A stretch of DNA of 64,000 nucleotides from Thermoplasmatota archaeon (GCA_965234725.1 CBDDUX010000026.1:26371-90370), one strand, 5' to 3'. Positions 1-11,383 are shown, counted from the stretch's first letter. The notes: generated by a model not told the origin, from the sequence alone. Made by a program: numbers and translations.

Positions 1-1
1 T

Positions 2-1243
2 AATATCTACAGGATGACCGTGGGGGAGAATATCATTCCGGTGAAGGTGGTAAACAGAGGGAATTTCTTCGATACTATCAGGATGGAGATAGAGACCAGG
101 CCAGATTGGGCTCCCCTCTCATTCTATTCCATGACCATCGGGTCAGGCTCGAACGAGACCACGGTAATGGGGGGTCAGGGTGTCAATGTATCCAACCAGT
201 TCAACAGGAAGTACCTGTTCTCGGAGGACCCTTTGACCGCTCTCGAGGTAACATTCGATCCCAGCCAGACGGCTACTGTCTATTTGAGAGCCAATATTCC
301 CCTTGGTGCCACTGCAAGTTCAGGTGTTGTGACCCTGAAGTACAAATACGGCATCTTCCAGGAACAGAAGGTCCTCCAAGCTGCCATCAAGCTGATCCTT
401 GCTGATATGGAGATCGTGGATATGGACGGGGACGGAGGTGCCGACCTTGATGTCGATCCTCAACCTGATTATAAGGTGGGAGACACCATCAATTTCATGT
501 GGACGCTCAAGAACAATTATCCGTACGAGACCTCAGGCCTCAAATGGTCAATAGAGCTTTCCGGAAAGGTCCTGATAGAAGGTGAGGTTCCACCGATCGG
601 TCCCGGTCAATCGTTAGAGTTCAACGAATCATGGAAGGCGGACAGGTCCACTAAATATTACAACGTGGCCAAGGTAAGGATCTCCGGAAGTGTCTATCCT
701 TCAGATAGTGGCCCGACTGCGAACACAGATGAGAAGATCTACATCGATAAAGGTCCCGGAGAACCCAGGATCGGCCTTATGATCCTCTTCGGAGGGATAA
801 TGGTCCTGATAATAACGGGATTCGTTCTCTTCTATCTCTGGGTGAGAAAGGACCTGGAGAAGAAAGAGGCTGTTGAAAGGCAGAAGTACGAATCCGTTTA
901 CGGAATTAAGCAGAGACCTTCACTTGGCGGAAGCACCGATGGTGAGAGCGGGAAGAAAAGGGCCATGTCGCTTGGAAGTGCTCCGAGACCGGGCTTGCCC
1001 TCATCCAGAGATGAGCCAGATGGAGCCGGTGAAATGGGAAAGGGGAAACCTTCGAAGGACGATCAGGATCGTTCTGAGAAGGGAATGATCGAGAACAAGA
1101 GAGAAAAGAGGAAAGCATCCTCCCTCGAAGGCCTAAGTTCCGAGAAGAAAGGACCCCGGACCGCTGCAGGTCCTGGAGAGGGTAGGTCAAAGAAGAAGAT
1201 CACAGGAGAAAAGGACCTGGAGGAAATGGAAGTTCTGGAATAG
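2..1243 (+). CDS. Surface/membrane protein, C-terminal part (5' end runs off window edge): CARDB-like beta domain, single TM helix, K/E/S/G-rich cytoplasmic tail
   Basis: Open frame continues to position 2 with no upstream stop. Hydrophobic helix IGLMILFGGIMVLIITGFVLFYLW followed by charged low-complexity tail. No signal peptide at first Met, so the N-terminus lies upstream of the window. Confidence 0.5.
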   Translation, partial: NIYRMTVGENIIPVKVVNRGNFFDTIRMEIETRPDWAPLSFYSMTIGSGSNETTVMGGQGVNVSNQFNRKYLFSEDPLTALEVTFDPSQTATVYLRANIPLGATASSGVVTLKYKYGIFQEQKVLQAAIKLILADMEIVDMDGDGGADLDVDPQPDYKVGDTINFMWTLKNNYPYETSGLKWSIELSGKVLIEGEVPPIGPGQSLEFNESWKADRSTKYYNVAKVRISGSVYPSDSGPTANTDEKIYIDKGPGEPRIGLMILFGGIMVLIITGFVLFYLWVRKDLEKKEAVERQKYESVYGIKQRPSLGGSTDGESGKKRAMSLGSAPRPGLPSSRDEPDGAGEMGKGKPSKDDQDRSEKGMIENKREKRKASSLEGLSSEKKGPRTAAGPGEGRSKKKITGEKDLEEMEVLE

Positions 1244-1294
1244 GGATGGATCTATACATAATGCCTAAATAATTCCCCTCCTCTCACCGGCCGG

Positions 1295-2584
1295 GTGAGC
1301 CCCCTTTTGAAATTTGCCATTGAGAGCTTCGGATGCACCATGAACCATGGGGAAGCAAGGTTTGCCGGATCCCTTCTATCCGGGATGGGTCATGATGTGG
1401 TCTACGGCCTCGAGAGGCCCTGGGCGGAAGATCTCGATGGTGTCATCCTGTTCACATGCGATGTGATATCCTCCACCGAGAGGAGGATGTGGAAGTTGAT
1501 GGATAATATCCAGGCTTCCGGGACGAAGCTCTATGCGGCAGGGTGTCTTGCCTCCATCGATGGAGAGAAGGTCCTGGCCCGATATCCTGGCTCATGTGTC
1601 CTTGATACCATGGGACTTGACAGGACAGAAAGATCCGTAAAAAGGGTCTTCGAGAAGGTCTCAGAACACACTATCAGAAGAGATGGACCGATCCCATCAC
1701 GACTTGACCATATCGTTCCCATTTCATCGGGATGCGTTGGGGCATGCACCTATTGCATAACACGAGAAGCGAGAGGTCCCCCCCATTCGAATTCACAGAG
1801 GGAGATAGTCGCAGCTTTGAGGAAGGGACTGGATGAAGGCAGAAAGGAGATCCTCCTCACATCACAGGATACAGGAGCCTGGGGGATCGATCTCGGGAAG
1901 GGAGATGATCTGGGAACTCTGCTCCGGTTCATATCATCCAGTGTTTGTGAAGAAATGAGGATAAGGGTTGGGATGATGAACCCGAACCATCTTCTTGAAA
2001 GAAGTGAAAGCATTCTGAACGGTTACACAGGTGAAAAGATCTTCAAGTTCTTCCACATCCCGGTTCAATCAGGATCAGTACAGGTCCTGAGGAGAATGAA
2101 CAGGAGATATACTCCCTCGCAGGTCATGGAGGTTCTTGGGGAGGTAAGGGCGAGGTATCCGCAGGCAACGATCTCAACTGATGTGATCACAGGTTTCCCC
2201 GGTGAGACGGAGAAGGACCATGAGCTGACAATGGAACTGATATCCAGGATCAGACCTGATATCCTCAATATAACCAGATTCTCCGCAAGGAAAGGAACTC
2301 CTGCGGCTGATATGGATGGGCAGGTGCATGGGGGAATATCCAAGGAGAGGTCCCGGGACCTCCACCGATCGCATGGTGAACTCGTGAAAGGGAACCTTGA
2401 AAGGAGACTGGGACTTCACCCCCATTGCCTTGTAACTGAGGTAGGGAAGGAGGGGACCATGATGGCGAGGGATGGGAACTATACACCCATTGTGATAGGA
2501 GGTGGGAGTGAGCTCCTCGGAAGGTTCGTCGATATCAGGACGGAGCATATCGGACCAACCTATCTTTTCGGGAAGATCGTCTGA
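1295..2584 (+). CDS. Radical SAM methylthiotransferase (MiaB/RimO/MtaB family)
   Basis: N-terminal MTTase domain (FGCTMNHGE), radical-SAM CxxxCxxC (SSGCVGACTYCI), TRAM-like C-terminus. GTG start. Confidence 0.8.
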   Translation: MSPLLKFAIESFGCTMNHGEARFAGSLLSGMGHDVVYGLERPWAEDLDGVILFTCDVISSTERRMWKLMDNIQASGTKLYAAGCLASIDGEKVLARYPGSCVLDTMGLDRTERSVKRVFEKVSEHTIRRDGPIPSRLDHIVPISSGCVGACTYCITREARGPPHSNSQREIVAALRKGLDEGRKEILLTSQDTGAWGIDLGKGDDLGTLLRFISSSVCEEMRIRVGMMNPNHLLERSESILNGYTGEKIFKFFHIPVQSGSVQVLRRMNRRYTPSQVMEVLGEVRARYPQATISTDVITGFPGETEKDHELTMELISRIRPDILNITRFSARKGTPAADMDGQVHGGISKERSRDLHRSHGELVKGNLERRLGLHPHCLVTEVGKEGTMMARDGNYTPIVIGGGSELLGRFVDIRTEHIGPTYLFGKIV

Positions 2585-2618
2585 ATTTCAGGGTATTTTA
2601 GTATTATCCATGGGTAAT

Positions 2619-2630
2619 CTTTAAAATTAT
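2619..2630 (+). promoter_or_regulatory. TATA-box-like element upstream of glnA
   Basis: ctttaaaattat about 40 nt upstream of ATG. Confidence 0.3.
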
Positions 2631-2670
2631 AGCCTTCGTTGCTGAAAGCCCCCGAGGGAGAGGTTTCATC

Positions 2671-4044
2671 ATGGTAGATAAAGAGGAGTTCATCGAGCAG
2701 GCCGATAAGAAGCTGAGGGATGCAGGCATCACCTGGGTATATTGTCAGTTCACGGACCTTGACGGAAGGATCAGGTCCTTCACGGTGCCTGCTTCTGATT
2801 TTCTAAATGGAAAACTATGGGCGGACGGGATGACCTTCGACGGATCGTCGGTCGGTTTTGCCAAGACGGAGAATTCCGACCTGAGGGCCATACCCGACCC
2901 CGAGACACTTCTGATACTACCCTACGGGGAAGGTGTACAGAAAGTGGCCAGGGTTATAACTGACACCTTTACACCTGACGGGAAATTGGCCTATCCGATG
3001 GACCCCAGGAATGCCGCATTGAGGACAAGGAAGAACATTGAAGATATGGGTTTTTCAAAGGTCTGGCTCCAGCCTGAACTGGAATTCTATCTGCTCAAGG
3101 AGGGCGTGAACCCTTCAGCTGTCGGATATCACGGAGATGATATCTACAAGATCCACCCCAAGCAGGGGTACTTTGCGGCCGTTCCTTGGGACAACTCGGA
3201 TGAGTTCAGGAACGAGTTCACCAACAATCTCCTCAAAGCAGGGATGGATATCAAGTTCCACCACCACGAAGGAGGGTCCCAGCAGGTGGAGGTCGAGTTC
3301 AAGCATGTGGATGACATAGTCAGATGCGGTGATGTCTCCATGCTTTACAAGCTGCTGTCCAGATTGACCGCCAGGCAATTTGGATATTCGGTGTCATATA
3401 TTCCCAAGATCTCGAAGATAGATTCAGGGAACGGTATGCACGTTCATATGTGGCTGGATTCCTCGAAGGGTCCCGTATTCCCGGACCCGGAGGATGGCAT
3501 TGGTCTCTCCCAGACCGCACGTTACTATATCGGAGGGATCCTTGATCATGCCAGGGCAACATGCCTCTTCACGAACCCGACGATCAATTCATACAAGAGA
3601 TTGATCCCGGAGTTCGAGGCTCCGGTATATGCCACTTGGGGACAGAGGAACAGGACCGCCATGATCAGGATACCAGGGTCCCCCGGAGGGCAGCGTGTCG
3701 GTGATATAGAGGTCAGGCACGGCGACACATCCTCCAATCCTTACTTTGCGTTCACTATCCTTGTGGAAGCCGGACTTGACGGCATAAGGAAGAAGATAGA
3801 ACCTCCTGCTCCCATTGTTGGAGATCCCAACAAGATGACCCAATCTCAGCGCGATGATCTGGGGATCAAGATGCTTCCCACCTCACTGCACGAGGCCGTT
3901 GAGGCTGCCAGGTCGGATGAGATCATTCAGAGGGCTGTGGGTCCGGAGATCTTCGATGCCTTCGTTGAAAGAAAATGTAAAGAGGTAATGGAGTTCAGGA
4001 ACCATGTCACCGATTGGGAACTTGAGCGCTATCTCCCGCTTTGA
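2671..4044 (+). CDS. glnA: Glutamine synthetase type I
   Basis: 457 aa with GS beta-grasp and catalytic domains (e.g. DGSS..G, NPYF, GMHVHMW-type motifs). ATG preceded by a GGAG-like RBS. Confidence 0.9.
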   Translation: MVDKEEFIEQADKKLRDAGITWVYCQFTDLDGRIRSFTVPASDFLNGKLWADGMTFDGSSVGFAKTENSDLRAIPDPETLLILPYGEGVQKVARVITDTFTPDGKLAYPMDPRNAALRTRKNIEDMGFSKVWLQPELEFYLLKEGVNPSAVGYHGDDIYKIHPKQGYFAAVPWDNSDEFRNEFTNNLLKAGMDIKFHHHEGGSQQVEVEFKHVDDIVRCGDVSMLYKLLSRLTARQFGYSVSYIPKISKIDSGNGMHVHMWLDSSKGPVFPDPEDGIGLSQTARYYIGGILDHARATCLFTNPTINSYKRLIPEFEAPVYATWGQRNRTAMIRIPGSPGGQRVGDIEVRHGDTSSNPYFAFTILVEAGLDGIRKKIEPPAPIVGDPNKMTQSQRDDLGIKMLPTSLHEAVEAARSDEIIQRAVGPEIFDAFVERKCKEVMEFRNHVTDWELERYLPL

Positions 4045-4093
4045 TCCCATCGAAGATATCCGTTATATCCCATGAACACATACACCCATACAT

Positions 4094-5030
4094 GGCCAGG
4101 GGAAAGATAACAGCCGTTGGTGATATGGTATGCGACCTCCTCTGTTCCCCGATATCACATCTGGGAGATGAAGATGTCCAGATAGTACTTGATGATCTCA
4201 ATATGTCTCCCGGAGGGAACACATTGAACTTCGCAATAGCCGCTTCCTCGTTCGGAGCGGAGGTCTCCTTCCACGGGGCCATTGGAGAGGACCCCCTTGG
4301 AACCTTCCTCAGGAGATGGATGGAGAAGGCGAAGGTGAAGGATGATTCCAAAAGAATGAAGGATATAGGCACTTCGACCACAGTGGCCATCCCCACTCTT
4401 TCGGGGGAAAGAAGGCTTCTGACATACACAGGGGCAAATACGAAATTTTTCATTGAACCGGAGAAGCTGGATATCGACGGGTCCACTCATCTGCACTGCG
4501 GGGGTTTCTGGTTCACAAGGAAGATGGCAGAGGGAGGAGTAAAGGCGATCTTCGAAGAGTGCAGGGAGAAAGGAGTGGAGACCTCTTTGGACCCCGCAAC
4601 CGATCCAGGCGGTTTCAGGGGTAGGCTCATGGACCATTTCCGTGAAGTTCTCCCCTTGACGGATATATTGATGGTAAATGTGGATGAACTTACCCAGATC
4701 ACAGGGACAAGGGATATCGGGAAAGGTGCCAATGTCCTCAGGGACCAGGGTGTGGGGACCGTACTAGTCCATAGAGGTGATCGGGGAACCTCTGTAATTG
4801 ATGAACATGGCAGGAAGAACTATCTTCCCTACCCTGTTCTGGTCCCGAAGAATCCCACAGGATGCGGTGATGTGTTCAACGGATGCTTCATAGCTGCCAG
4901 GATAGAGGGGCTGTCAAATGATGAAGCAGTTGAGATGGGAATGGCATCTGCCTCACTGCACATGGCATCCGCGGAACCATACTATCCAGGTCGGGACAGG
5001 GTAATGGAAAGAGTCAAAAGAGGAAAATAA
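4094..5030 (+). CDS. PfkB-family carbohydrate/nucleoside kinase
   Basis: N-terminal GD-containing sugar-binding motif (ITAVGDMVCDLL) and C-terminal PfkB signature (TGCGDVFNGCF). Start placed at internal Met MARGK; track ORF begins at 4041. Confidence 0.7.
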
Positions 5031-5078
5031 CAGATAATAACCAATAAATATGCCCCCTATTAATTGTGAAGCGTTCTT

Positions 5079-5975
5079 ATGGATGTAAAGGACCTTGAAC
5101 TCCTGACAGTTCTGTCCTCTCATGGTGAGGCGGATCCAGAGTTCCTCTCCTCCAAACTGTCCCTTTCTCCGGACAATGTGGAGAGGAGGATAGCCCTGCT
5201 CATACGGTCCGGGACTTTAAGAGGATTCTCGGCATTCTTTGACAGGAGGATGTTCGGTTACGATACAACCTTTTTGAAACTCCATTACAGGATGCGGGAC
5301 CTGGACCGAATAATTGATGAGGTTTCAAAGATGCCCCAGGTTACCCAGGTCTATCCCAATCTGGACGATTTCATGATGGTGGAGGTGGTCCACTGGGATA
5401 TGGAAACTCTGAAGTCCGCCATCAGGGCATTGGAAAGGGCGGCGAAACCCCAGACAGTTTCAGCTCATTTCAGGCCGAGGTTCCTTGATATCATTCCGGA
5501 AACACCCAAGGGAAAGGACCTTGAGTTACTGACCTGTCTCGTGAAGAATGGGAGGACTACTCTGGAAGAACTTGCGGGGATCCTTGGCATCTCTCCAGAT
5601 GATGTCAGGGATAGGACAGCCCGGATGATAAACGATGATGTCTTCTCGGTGAGACCTATCATCCAGGAGGATCTGGTACAACCGTTCCCTACCTTCTCTG
5701 CGATAGTGACGTTCAAGAAAGGGACCTCCTTCCCCTCATGCTACAGCGAGGTCCAGAGGATAGGAAGAGGTATTTGGTCTTGCATGCCTCTTGAGGACCC
5801 TAAGGGAATCTGGATCAGGTCCTTCGGCAGGGACCTCCACGAGATGGACATGATGATAGAAAGGTACAGACGTGAGGATTTTGCCGAAGAGGTCCTTGTG
5901 ATAATACCGGATACAATGATAACGAAGAGGTCTGTGGACCTTCATATCCTGAAGAGGGCGGAGAAAAAGACCTGA
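5079..5975 (+). CDS. Transcriptional regulator with two tandem Lrp/AsnC-like HTH+RAM modules
   Basis: Two repeats of the DLELLT.L...G......L...L..S...V..R pattern (aa 4-70 and approx 150-215), each followed by a small alpha/beta region. Confidence 0.55.
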   Translation: MDVKDLELLTVLSSHGEADPEFLSSKLSLSPDNVERRIALLIRSGTLRGFSAFFDRRMFGYDTTFLKLHYRMRDLDRIIDEVSKMPQVTQVYPNLDDFMMVEVVHWDMETLKSAIRALERAAKPQTVSAHFRPRFLDIIPETPKGKDLELLTCLVKNGRTTLEELAGILGISPDDVRDRTARMINDDVFSVRPIIQEDLVQPFPTFSAIVTFKKGTSFPSCYSEVQRIGRGIWSCMPLEDPKGIWIRSFGRDLHEMDMMIERYRREDFAEEVLVIIPDTMITKRSVDLHILKRAEKKT

Positions 5976-6335
5976 CATTATTTTCGTTATTTCCGTTATT
6001 GTATCATTATATCAGTTCTTGGTCTTTATCTTCGGATAAAATGATAATACCGATTTTTTCATTGTGAAAACTGAAATTTTTCAGCAAAAGGTTTGAGGGG
6101 ACTACATCAGGTCCTTATTTAGTTCTCCTTTGAAGAGAACAGATAAATAACCGTGGCGGAGCTGTGAAATATGAGGAAGTTGGTTCCTTAAAACGGCATC
6201 ACGATTATTATCATTTCGCTGATGATCATTACAATGTATCATATCAGGAAAACTATATATCTGGCTTAATTCTTTGTTTTGACGATCTGGGCGATGAACA
6301 TATCTTATCTCATGAACAATTCGAAGGTATAGAAG

Positions 6336-7355
6336 ATGGATTTTGAAACATTGAAGGGGTCCACCGGGATCAGGAAGGTGCTATTGGCGGGAGGAGCAGG
6401 TTTCATAGGAAGCCACCTTGTAAGATATTTCCTCGATCAGGAATGCATAGAAAGGGTCCTGGTAATCGATAATTTCGTATCCGGCAGTAGAGAAAATCTA
6501 ACCGATTCCGTCATGGACGAGCGTTTGGTTATTTTAGATATGGATATTACGGACCCTTCTGTCATACATAGTTCAGGAGATGGATTCGATCTTGTTTTAC
6601 ATCTGGCAGCTGTCGCCAATCCCAAGGATTACGAGAAGCATCCCGTGGAGACCCTGATGGTCAATTCACGAGGATCGGAGAATATGGTGGCCATCGCCGA
6701 GAGGAACAATGCCAAATACATATTTTTCTCAAGCTCCGAGGTTTATGGGAATCATAATCCCATTCCAAACGACTCTCTGGGAGAAGCATCGCAGAGCAGA
6801 ATAATACTCAACCAGAAAAGGAGCCCCTATGTGGTGGGAAAATGTTTCGGAGAGGAAATGACCATCAACCTCTGCAGAAATAAGGGTCTGGATTATCTGA
6901 TAATACGCCCCTTCAATATCTATGGGCCCAATATGGATCTAATGACCAATTACGGTAGGGTAATTCCCAATTTCTGCCTTTGGGGTTTGAAAGGGGATCC
7001 ATTGAAGATAAACGGCGATGGTACCCAGATACGCTCTTTCTGCTTCATAGATGATTTCATCGAAGCATTCATTTCCCTCCTTAATGAGGGTGTGGCGGGT
7101 AAGAGCATCAATATAGGTTATCCCCATCCGATTTCCATACTGGAACTTGGTAGATTGGTATCCCAGATATTGAATGTGGAGGAGAAATTCCAGTACGGGG
7201 AGAAATATCCTTTCGAACCGTATATGAGGGTTCCGGATATAACGCTGATGAAGAAACTCACGGGTTGGGAACCCCGGATATTTCTTCGATCAGGGTTGGA
7301 GAAGACCATCGAATGGTTCAGGGAGACCGGTATCGAAAAATACGTCAGGATGTAA
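6336..7355 (+). CDS. NAD-dependent sugar-nucleotide epimerase/dehydratase (SDR family, UDP-glucuronate decarboxylase / dTDP-glucose dehydratase-like)
   Basis: Rossmann GGAGFIGSHL at N-terminus, catalytic YxxxK region, 339 aa. Confidence 0.8.
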   Translation: MDFETLKGSTGIRKVLLAGGAGFIGSHLVRYFLDQECIERVLVIDNFVSGSRENLTDSVMDERLVILDMDITDPSVIHSSGDGFDLVLHLAAVANPKDYEKHPVETLMVNSRGSENMVAIAERNNAKYIFFSSSEVYGNHNPIPNDSLGEASQSRIILNQKRSPYVVGKCFGEEMTINLCRNKGLDYLIIRPFNIYGPNMDLMTNYGRVIPNFCLWGLKGDPLKINGDGTQIRSFCFIDDFIEAFISLLNEGVAGKSINIGYPHPISILELGRLVSQILNVEEKFQYGEKYPFEPYMRVPDITLMKKLTGWEPRIFLRSGLEKTIEWFRETGIEKYVRM

Positions 7356-7749
7356 AGGCCGTATAATTTTGATCTTATTGATAAATGAAGTAAAAGAAGT
7401 GGTAAGATTTCATATGATCCAAATCTTCACCGGAAGACCTCTTGATATCGTTAATGGTCTTTCCTTCTTCGGTTCATTTGGTCTTTGCCTCCACGCGGTC
7501 ATAATATTGTCTATTGATCTTCTGGGAATCCTGAGCGTGTTGTTGAATGCGGATATAGGATCAAAGCTGATCAATGATTGGTATATTGACTCGTACCAAA
7601 GCGGAAGTGGTTTCATAGTGGACATGCGATAAGCCTGCAGGAAAGTATTTTATTAAGGTATTGACCGATATACTGAGGTCCAGTATTCCATGATATGCTG
7701 AAAACGGCTGGTGAAAGGAGATCCGCGGTTATTTTGATCCAAGGGAAAG

Positions 7750-9141
7750 GTGAATTACATGATGGACATCTTCAAGATCCTTTACCTCATCTTCCTGGTT
7801 CTTTTCCTTTATTATCTTACAGTCAGGATATTTATCATGAAGAAGTCTCTGGGAAGACGGGAATGGTTCATCACATTGTTAGTGCTGGGATTTTCCCTTG
7901 TATTTTATATCCGCTTCATAATCCATGATCTTGTTTTGGTGGAACCTTCGGATGAAGCCATGTATGTTTCCCTGATTAAGGAAGTATCAAATGGAATGGA
8001 TCCGCCAGCCTCCGGACCGGGTTTCGTATATCTGATTCTGCTTATAAAACGAATTTTCGGTTGGCCGGTGGATATTATCACAGGTGTCCTTGGTCTTATT
8101 GTTGGATCTTTGTACCTACTTCTTCTCTATCAAGTTTACAAAGTGAACTTGAGTTCCCGGGAAACTGCGGTATACTCTTGTTTGATGATACTTAGTACCA
8201 GTTACTTTCTTTGGCCTATGATCGAATCCAGACCTCAGCAGCTAGGGATGTTGCTGGTATTGGTCGGGGCATACTTCTACCATGCGCATCTGGGCAATGG
8301 AAGATATCTTGGATTGCTGATCACCATCACGATATTCACCTTTGTTTTCCATATACTTTCCTTCCTATTCCTCATTTCAATAATGTTAATTCTTTGGTGG
8401 TTAGGATTTATAGAGAACAAGACCAGATTGAAGCAGGGAATATGGCCGGGATTAGTGTTGATATCCGGTCTGCTGATATTCTTCAGTCCCTTGCCCCTAT
8501 ATTCCAGTATGAATGGAGGGGTCGGCTGGATGCTCAGGAGATCCGAACTGGGTTTTTTACAAAACAGTCCTATCCTTGTGGTCCTCTTTGCGATCTCAAT
8601 TTTGTTCTTGGTCGCACTTACAATTTACCTTAAGAATATTAAGGTCCCAGAAGGGTTAATGAGCTTTGGTGGAAAGCATATAGGTAAACTCTGCCCGATC
8701 ATTATTATAGCCACGATTCTCGTTTTATTTGTCCAATTCATGATTAATAGAGATGTTTACAGCAGCAAGTACCGGGGATCGATCCTTCTGTTTATTGTCT
8801 TTCAAATGGGGAATATCGTTTTCGGAGGCTTGTTCATAAGATCATTTCTCAAGTCCATGAGGAATGGTGATTTCGAAGATCCATTCTTCAGGATAGTATC
8901 GATTCTGATGTTCATGGGAATCGCAACACTTCTGATCTCGATCTTCCTTCCGATGAATTTCAACAACTGGATGATAAGGACGGTAAATTACTGGACGGTT
9001 TTCGCAGCACCATTGGTTGCAAGGGAAGTTATGGATATGCCTTCCAAATGGAGGAACCTGTTGGTCATGTTTCTGCCTATTCTTATTATACTGAGTCTGA
9101 TCAATATCTCACGCGATCAGACCATCTTCGGATATCCCTGA
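7750..9141 (+). CDS. Polytopic integral membrane protein (about 12 TM), possible GT-C-type glycosyl/oligosaccharyl transferase-like
   Basis: Highly hydrophobic 463 aa; acidic motif EPSDEAMY in first predicted extracytoplasmic loop; sits between epimerase and surface protein. Confidence 0.45.
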   Translation: MNYMMDIFKILYLIFLVLFLYYLTVRIFIMKKSLGRREWFITLLVLGFSLVFYIRFIIHDLVLVEPSDEAMYVSLIKEVSNGMDPPASGPGFVYLILLIKRIFGWPVDIITGVLGLIVGSLYLLLLYQVYKVNLSSRETAVYSCLMILSTSYFLWPMIESRPQQLGMLLVLVGAYFYHAHLGNGRYLGLLITITIFTFVFHILSFLFLISIMLILWWLGFIENKTRLKQGIWPGLVLISGLLIFFSPLPLYSSMNGGVGWMLRRSELGFLQNSPILVVLFAISILFLVALTIYLKNIKVPEGLMSFGGKHIGKLCPIIIIATILVLFVQFMINRDVYSSKYRGSILLFIVFQMGNIVFGGLFIRSFLKSMRNGDFEDPFFRIVSILMFMGIATLLISIFLPMNFNNWMIRTVNYWTVFAAPLVAREVMDMPSKWRNLLVMFLPILIILSLINISRDQTIFGYP

Positions 9142-9190
9142 AGGACATGTCGCCTTTTCATTTTTCCGATTGTTTTTTCTATTTATCCCT

Positions 9191-11383
9191 TCAATGCTGA
9201 TCCATGTCCTCATTATCCAGGTTCGTGTTCACTCCTGATACCGGAGGTGGTGGAGGCGGCATGGAAGGAACTTGAGGGATGTTCTGTGATTCTACCGAAA
9301 CCTCTTCACCAACATCCTGTGCAGTCTCCCCCATGGTAGCTGAAGGCAGATTCTCGACAGGTTCTGGTTCGGCGATGGAGGGAGTCTCCATCTGATCGCC
9401 AGGAAGGACGTTCTGGGTGATTTCATCTGGATATTCCATCACCTGGGCGCCTTCGTGGGATTCCTCGCGGATCACATCGGTTGGTTCCGCCGGATAGAAT
9501 TCAAGGGGAGCATCCGGAGTGTAACTTCCAACGGCCATGTCCTTATCATTTGGGTCATAAAAACCCTCATATTGGGCTTCCGGTGACATATCTACTCCAC
9601 CATGATCGGTATCGTATTCTTCCTGGCCATAATTATTCATCTCAGTATCTTCCCCAGTCTTCTTTTTCCTTAGAACAAGGACAAGGATCAGGACGATGAT
9701 GATCAACACAACAATGACGGCTATTATGATCGGGAGCCAGGGGAGTCCTTCTTCCTCTTCATTCACAGTGATCCTAACAGTCCCGGTTGTGTTTGACCAT
9801 TCGTCGTCCACAGTAACCGTGAAGATGTAATCTCCTTCTTCAAGATCCAAAACGGTTATTGGATTTCCTGTCTTTTCCCACTCCGGATCGCTGTCATGAG
9901 TCCATGTATAGGTAATTGTTTTATTCTCCGGATCGCTGGCATTCACAGATAATGTGAGGTCATCCCCGACTGTAATCTCGGCCTCACTTGAATCCACCGA
10001 ATGGATCACGGGTGGAAGGTTATCAAGTATGGTCACTTTAATGGATTCTGTTCTGGTATTTCCCATTTCATCCGCTATCTCAACGGTGAAGATATAAACT
10101 CCTGGATCGAATCCGGTCAGATCCAACATGCTGCTTGATTCCGTCCATTCTGGATCCTTGTCATTTTTCCAGGTGTATGTCAGATCCTCCGATTCCGGAT
10201 CATCTGCGACCACCATCAGGGAGAATACATCGCTCTCCAGGACCGTGAGGTTTTGTGTTTTTCCCGTAACCACCGGAAGCAGATTGTGTATTTTCGGGAA
10301 GTTGTCCTCGGGGTTTGGAATACCATCTCCGTCCATGTCATCATCATCGTTGTTAAAAACACCATCATTATCCAGGTCGTTATCTACCACTTCCCCCATA
10401 TCTTCCGGAATGTCGTCCTGGTAATCGCTAACAATTGTTGTCTTTTCTATGGTCCCGGTCTCGATGTCCGTGATCATAACCTCGTACATGTCCAATGTAA
10501 ACTTCCCGGTAGCTCCGTCCTCTTTGGCACTGACGAGAGACTTGACAGGTATGTCACCAGGGTCCATCAATGCTGCTACTGTTGCTCCGGAATCTGTTAT
10601 ATACTCGAATCCAAACTGTGAGGTCATGAAATCACCGCTCCTTGTGGGTGAGAAAAGGAGCTGCCCCCCGTATTCAACCTCAAGATGACAGGAAGGTGTC
10701 TTAAGTACTATGATAAGGAAGCTATCCTCATTATCGGCTGTGATATATGGATAGGGGAACGGGTCGAATGCTGTGAGTGGGGCCCCAGGACTTTCTGTTT
10801 GAAGGTCTCCAACCTTTAAGTTGATGGAATCATCCCCCATCTTGAATCCTGGTTCATCGGTTGTGTTGAATGAAACAGATAATGTGATTCCTTCGCTGAG
10901 GTCGTAGACAGGATTATCACCGTCATTGTAATCCTCAATAAAATCAAGGGCATCATCGATATTTCCGGCAGTATCGTAGTAGGGAACCTCTCCTCCTTCG
11001 GACCCTAGGAAATCATCCTGTGCCTCGAAGCTTATGGTATCAGTGGAGATTAGATCATGAGTCCACTCATGGTCCCCGTCCGAACGATACCATTCGTAGG
11101 ATCCGGTTTCGATATCCGAGTCCGGTATCACTACCTCGATGGTATCGATATCATTGTCTGGATCAAGATTGTATACCTCGAAATTCAGAATTGCCGGTTG
11201 ACCCGCCCCCAGGATAAGTAGCCCTTCTGGAATGGCGGGATCATCAATGTGGCCCTGTTCCATAATGATCTTGGAATTTATCTCTCCCTGTGCGAAGGAA
11301 TCTCCAAAGTCCCCATGAGGCACATCAAGAAATATCACCGTTATTAAAGCTCCAAGCAAGGCCAAGGCAAAAATGATGGTCAT
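9191..11383 (-). CDS. Cell-surface protein with PKD/Ig-like repeats, C-terminal TM anchor and acidic/poly-Pro cytoplasmic tail
   Basis: N-terminal signal MTIIFALALLGALITVIFL; two PKD-like modules (TYTW.NDKDPEW...GVYIFTVEIADEMGN / ITYTWTHDSDPEW...GDYIFTVTVDDEWSN); TM LPIIIAVIVVLIIIVLILVLVL; tail with PPPPPPV. Track ORF extends to 11551. Confidence 0.65.
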   Translation of the reverse strand: MTIIFALALLGALITVIFLDVPHGDFGDSFAQGEINSKIIMEQGHIDDPAIPEGLLILGAGQPAILNFEVYNLDPDNDIDTIEVVIPDSDIETGSYEWYRSDGDHEWTHDLISTDTISFEAQDDFLGSEGGEVPYYDTAGNIDDALDFIEDYNDGDNPVYDLSEGITLSVSFNTTDEPGFKMGDDSINLKVGDLQTESPGAPLTAFDPFPYPYITADNEDSFLIIVLKTPSCHLEVEYGGQLLFSPTRSGDFMTSQFGFEYITDSGATVAALMDPGDIPVKSLVSAKEDGATGKFTLDMYEVMITDIETGTIEKTTIVSDYQDDIPEDMGEVVDNDLDNDGVFNNDDDDMDGDGIPNPEDNFPKIHNLLPVVTGKTQNLTVLESDVFSLMVVADDPESEDLTYTWKNDKDPEWTESSSMLDLTGFDPGVYIFTVEIADEMGNTRTESIKVTILDNLPPVIHSVDSSEAEITVGDDLTLSVNASDPENKTITYTWTHDSDPEWEKTGNPITVLDLEEGDYIFTVTVDDEWSNTTGTVRITVNEEEEGLPWLPIIIAVIVVLIIIVLILVLVLRKKKTGEDTEMNNYGQEEYDTDHGGVDMSPEAQYEGFYDPNDKDMAVGSYTPDAPLEFYPAEPTDVIREESHEGAQVMEYPDEITQNVLPGDQMETPSIAEPEPVENLPSATMGETAQDVGEEVSVESQNIPQVPSMPPPPPPVSGVNTNLDNEDMDQH

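Noticed and set aside
3115-3843. Several 60-87-aa minus- and plus-strand ORFs inside glnA
   Set aside because: They overlap a confidently identified conserved gene in alternative frames.
6164-6346. 60-aa acidic ORF upstream of the epimerase gene
   Set aside because: It has no recognisable motif and sits in an AT-rich leader region. It is likely spurious, though a leader peptide cannot be excluded.
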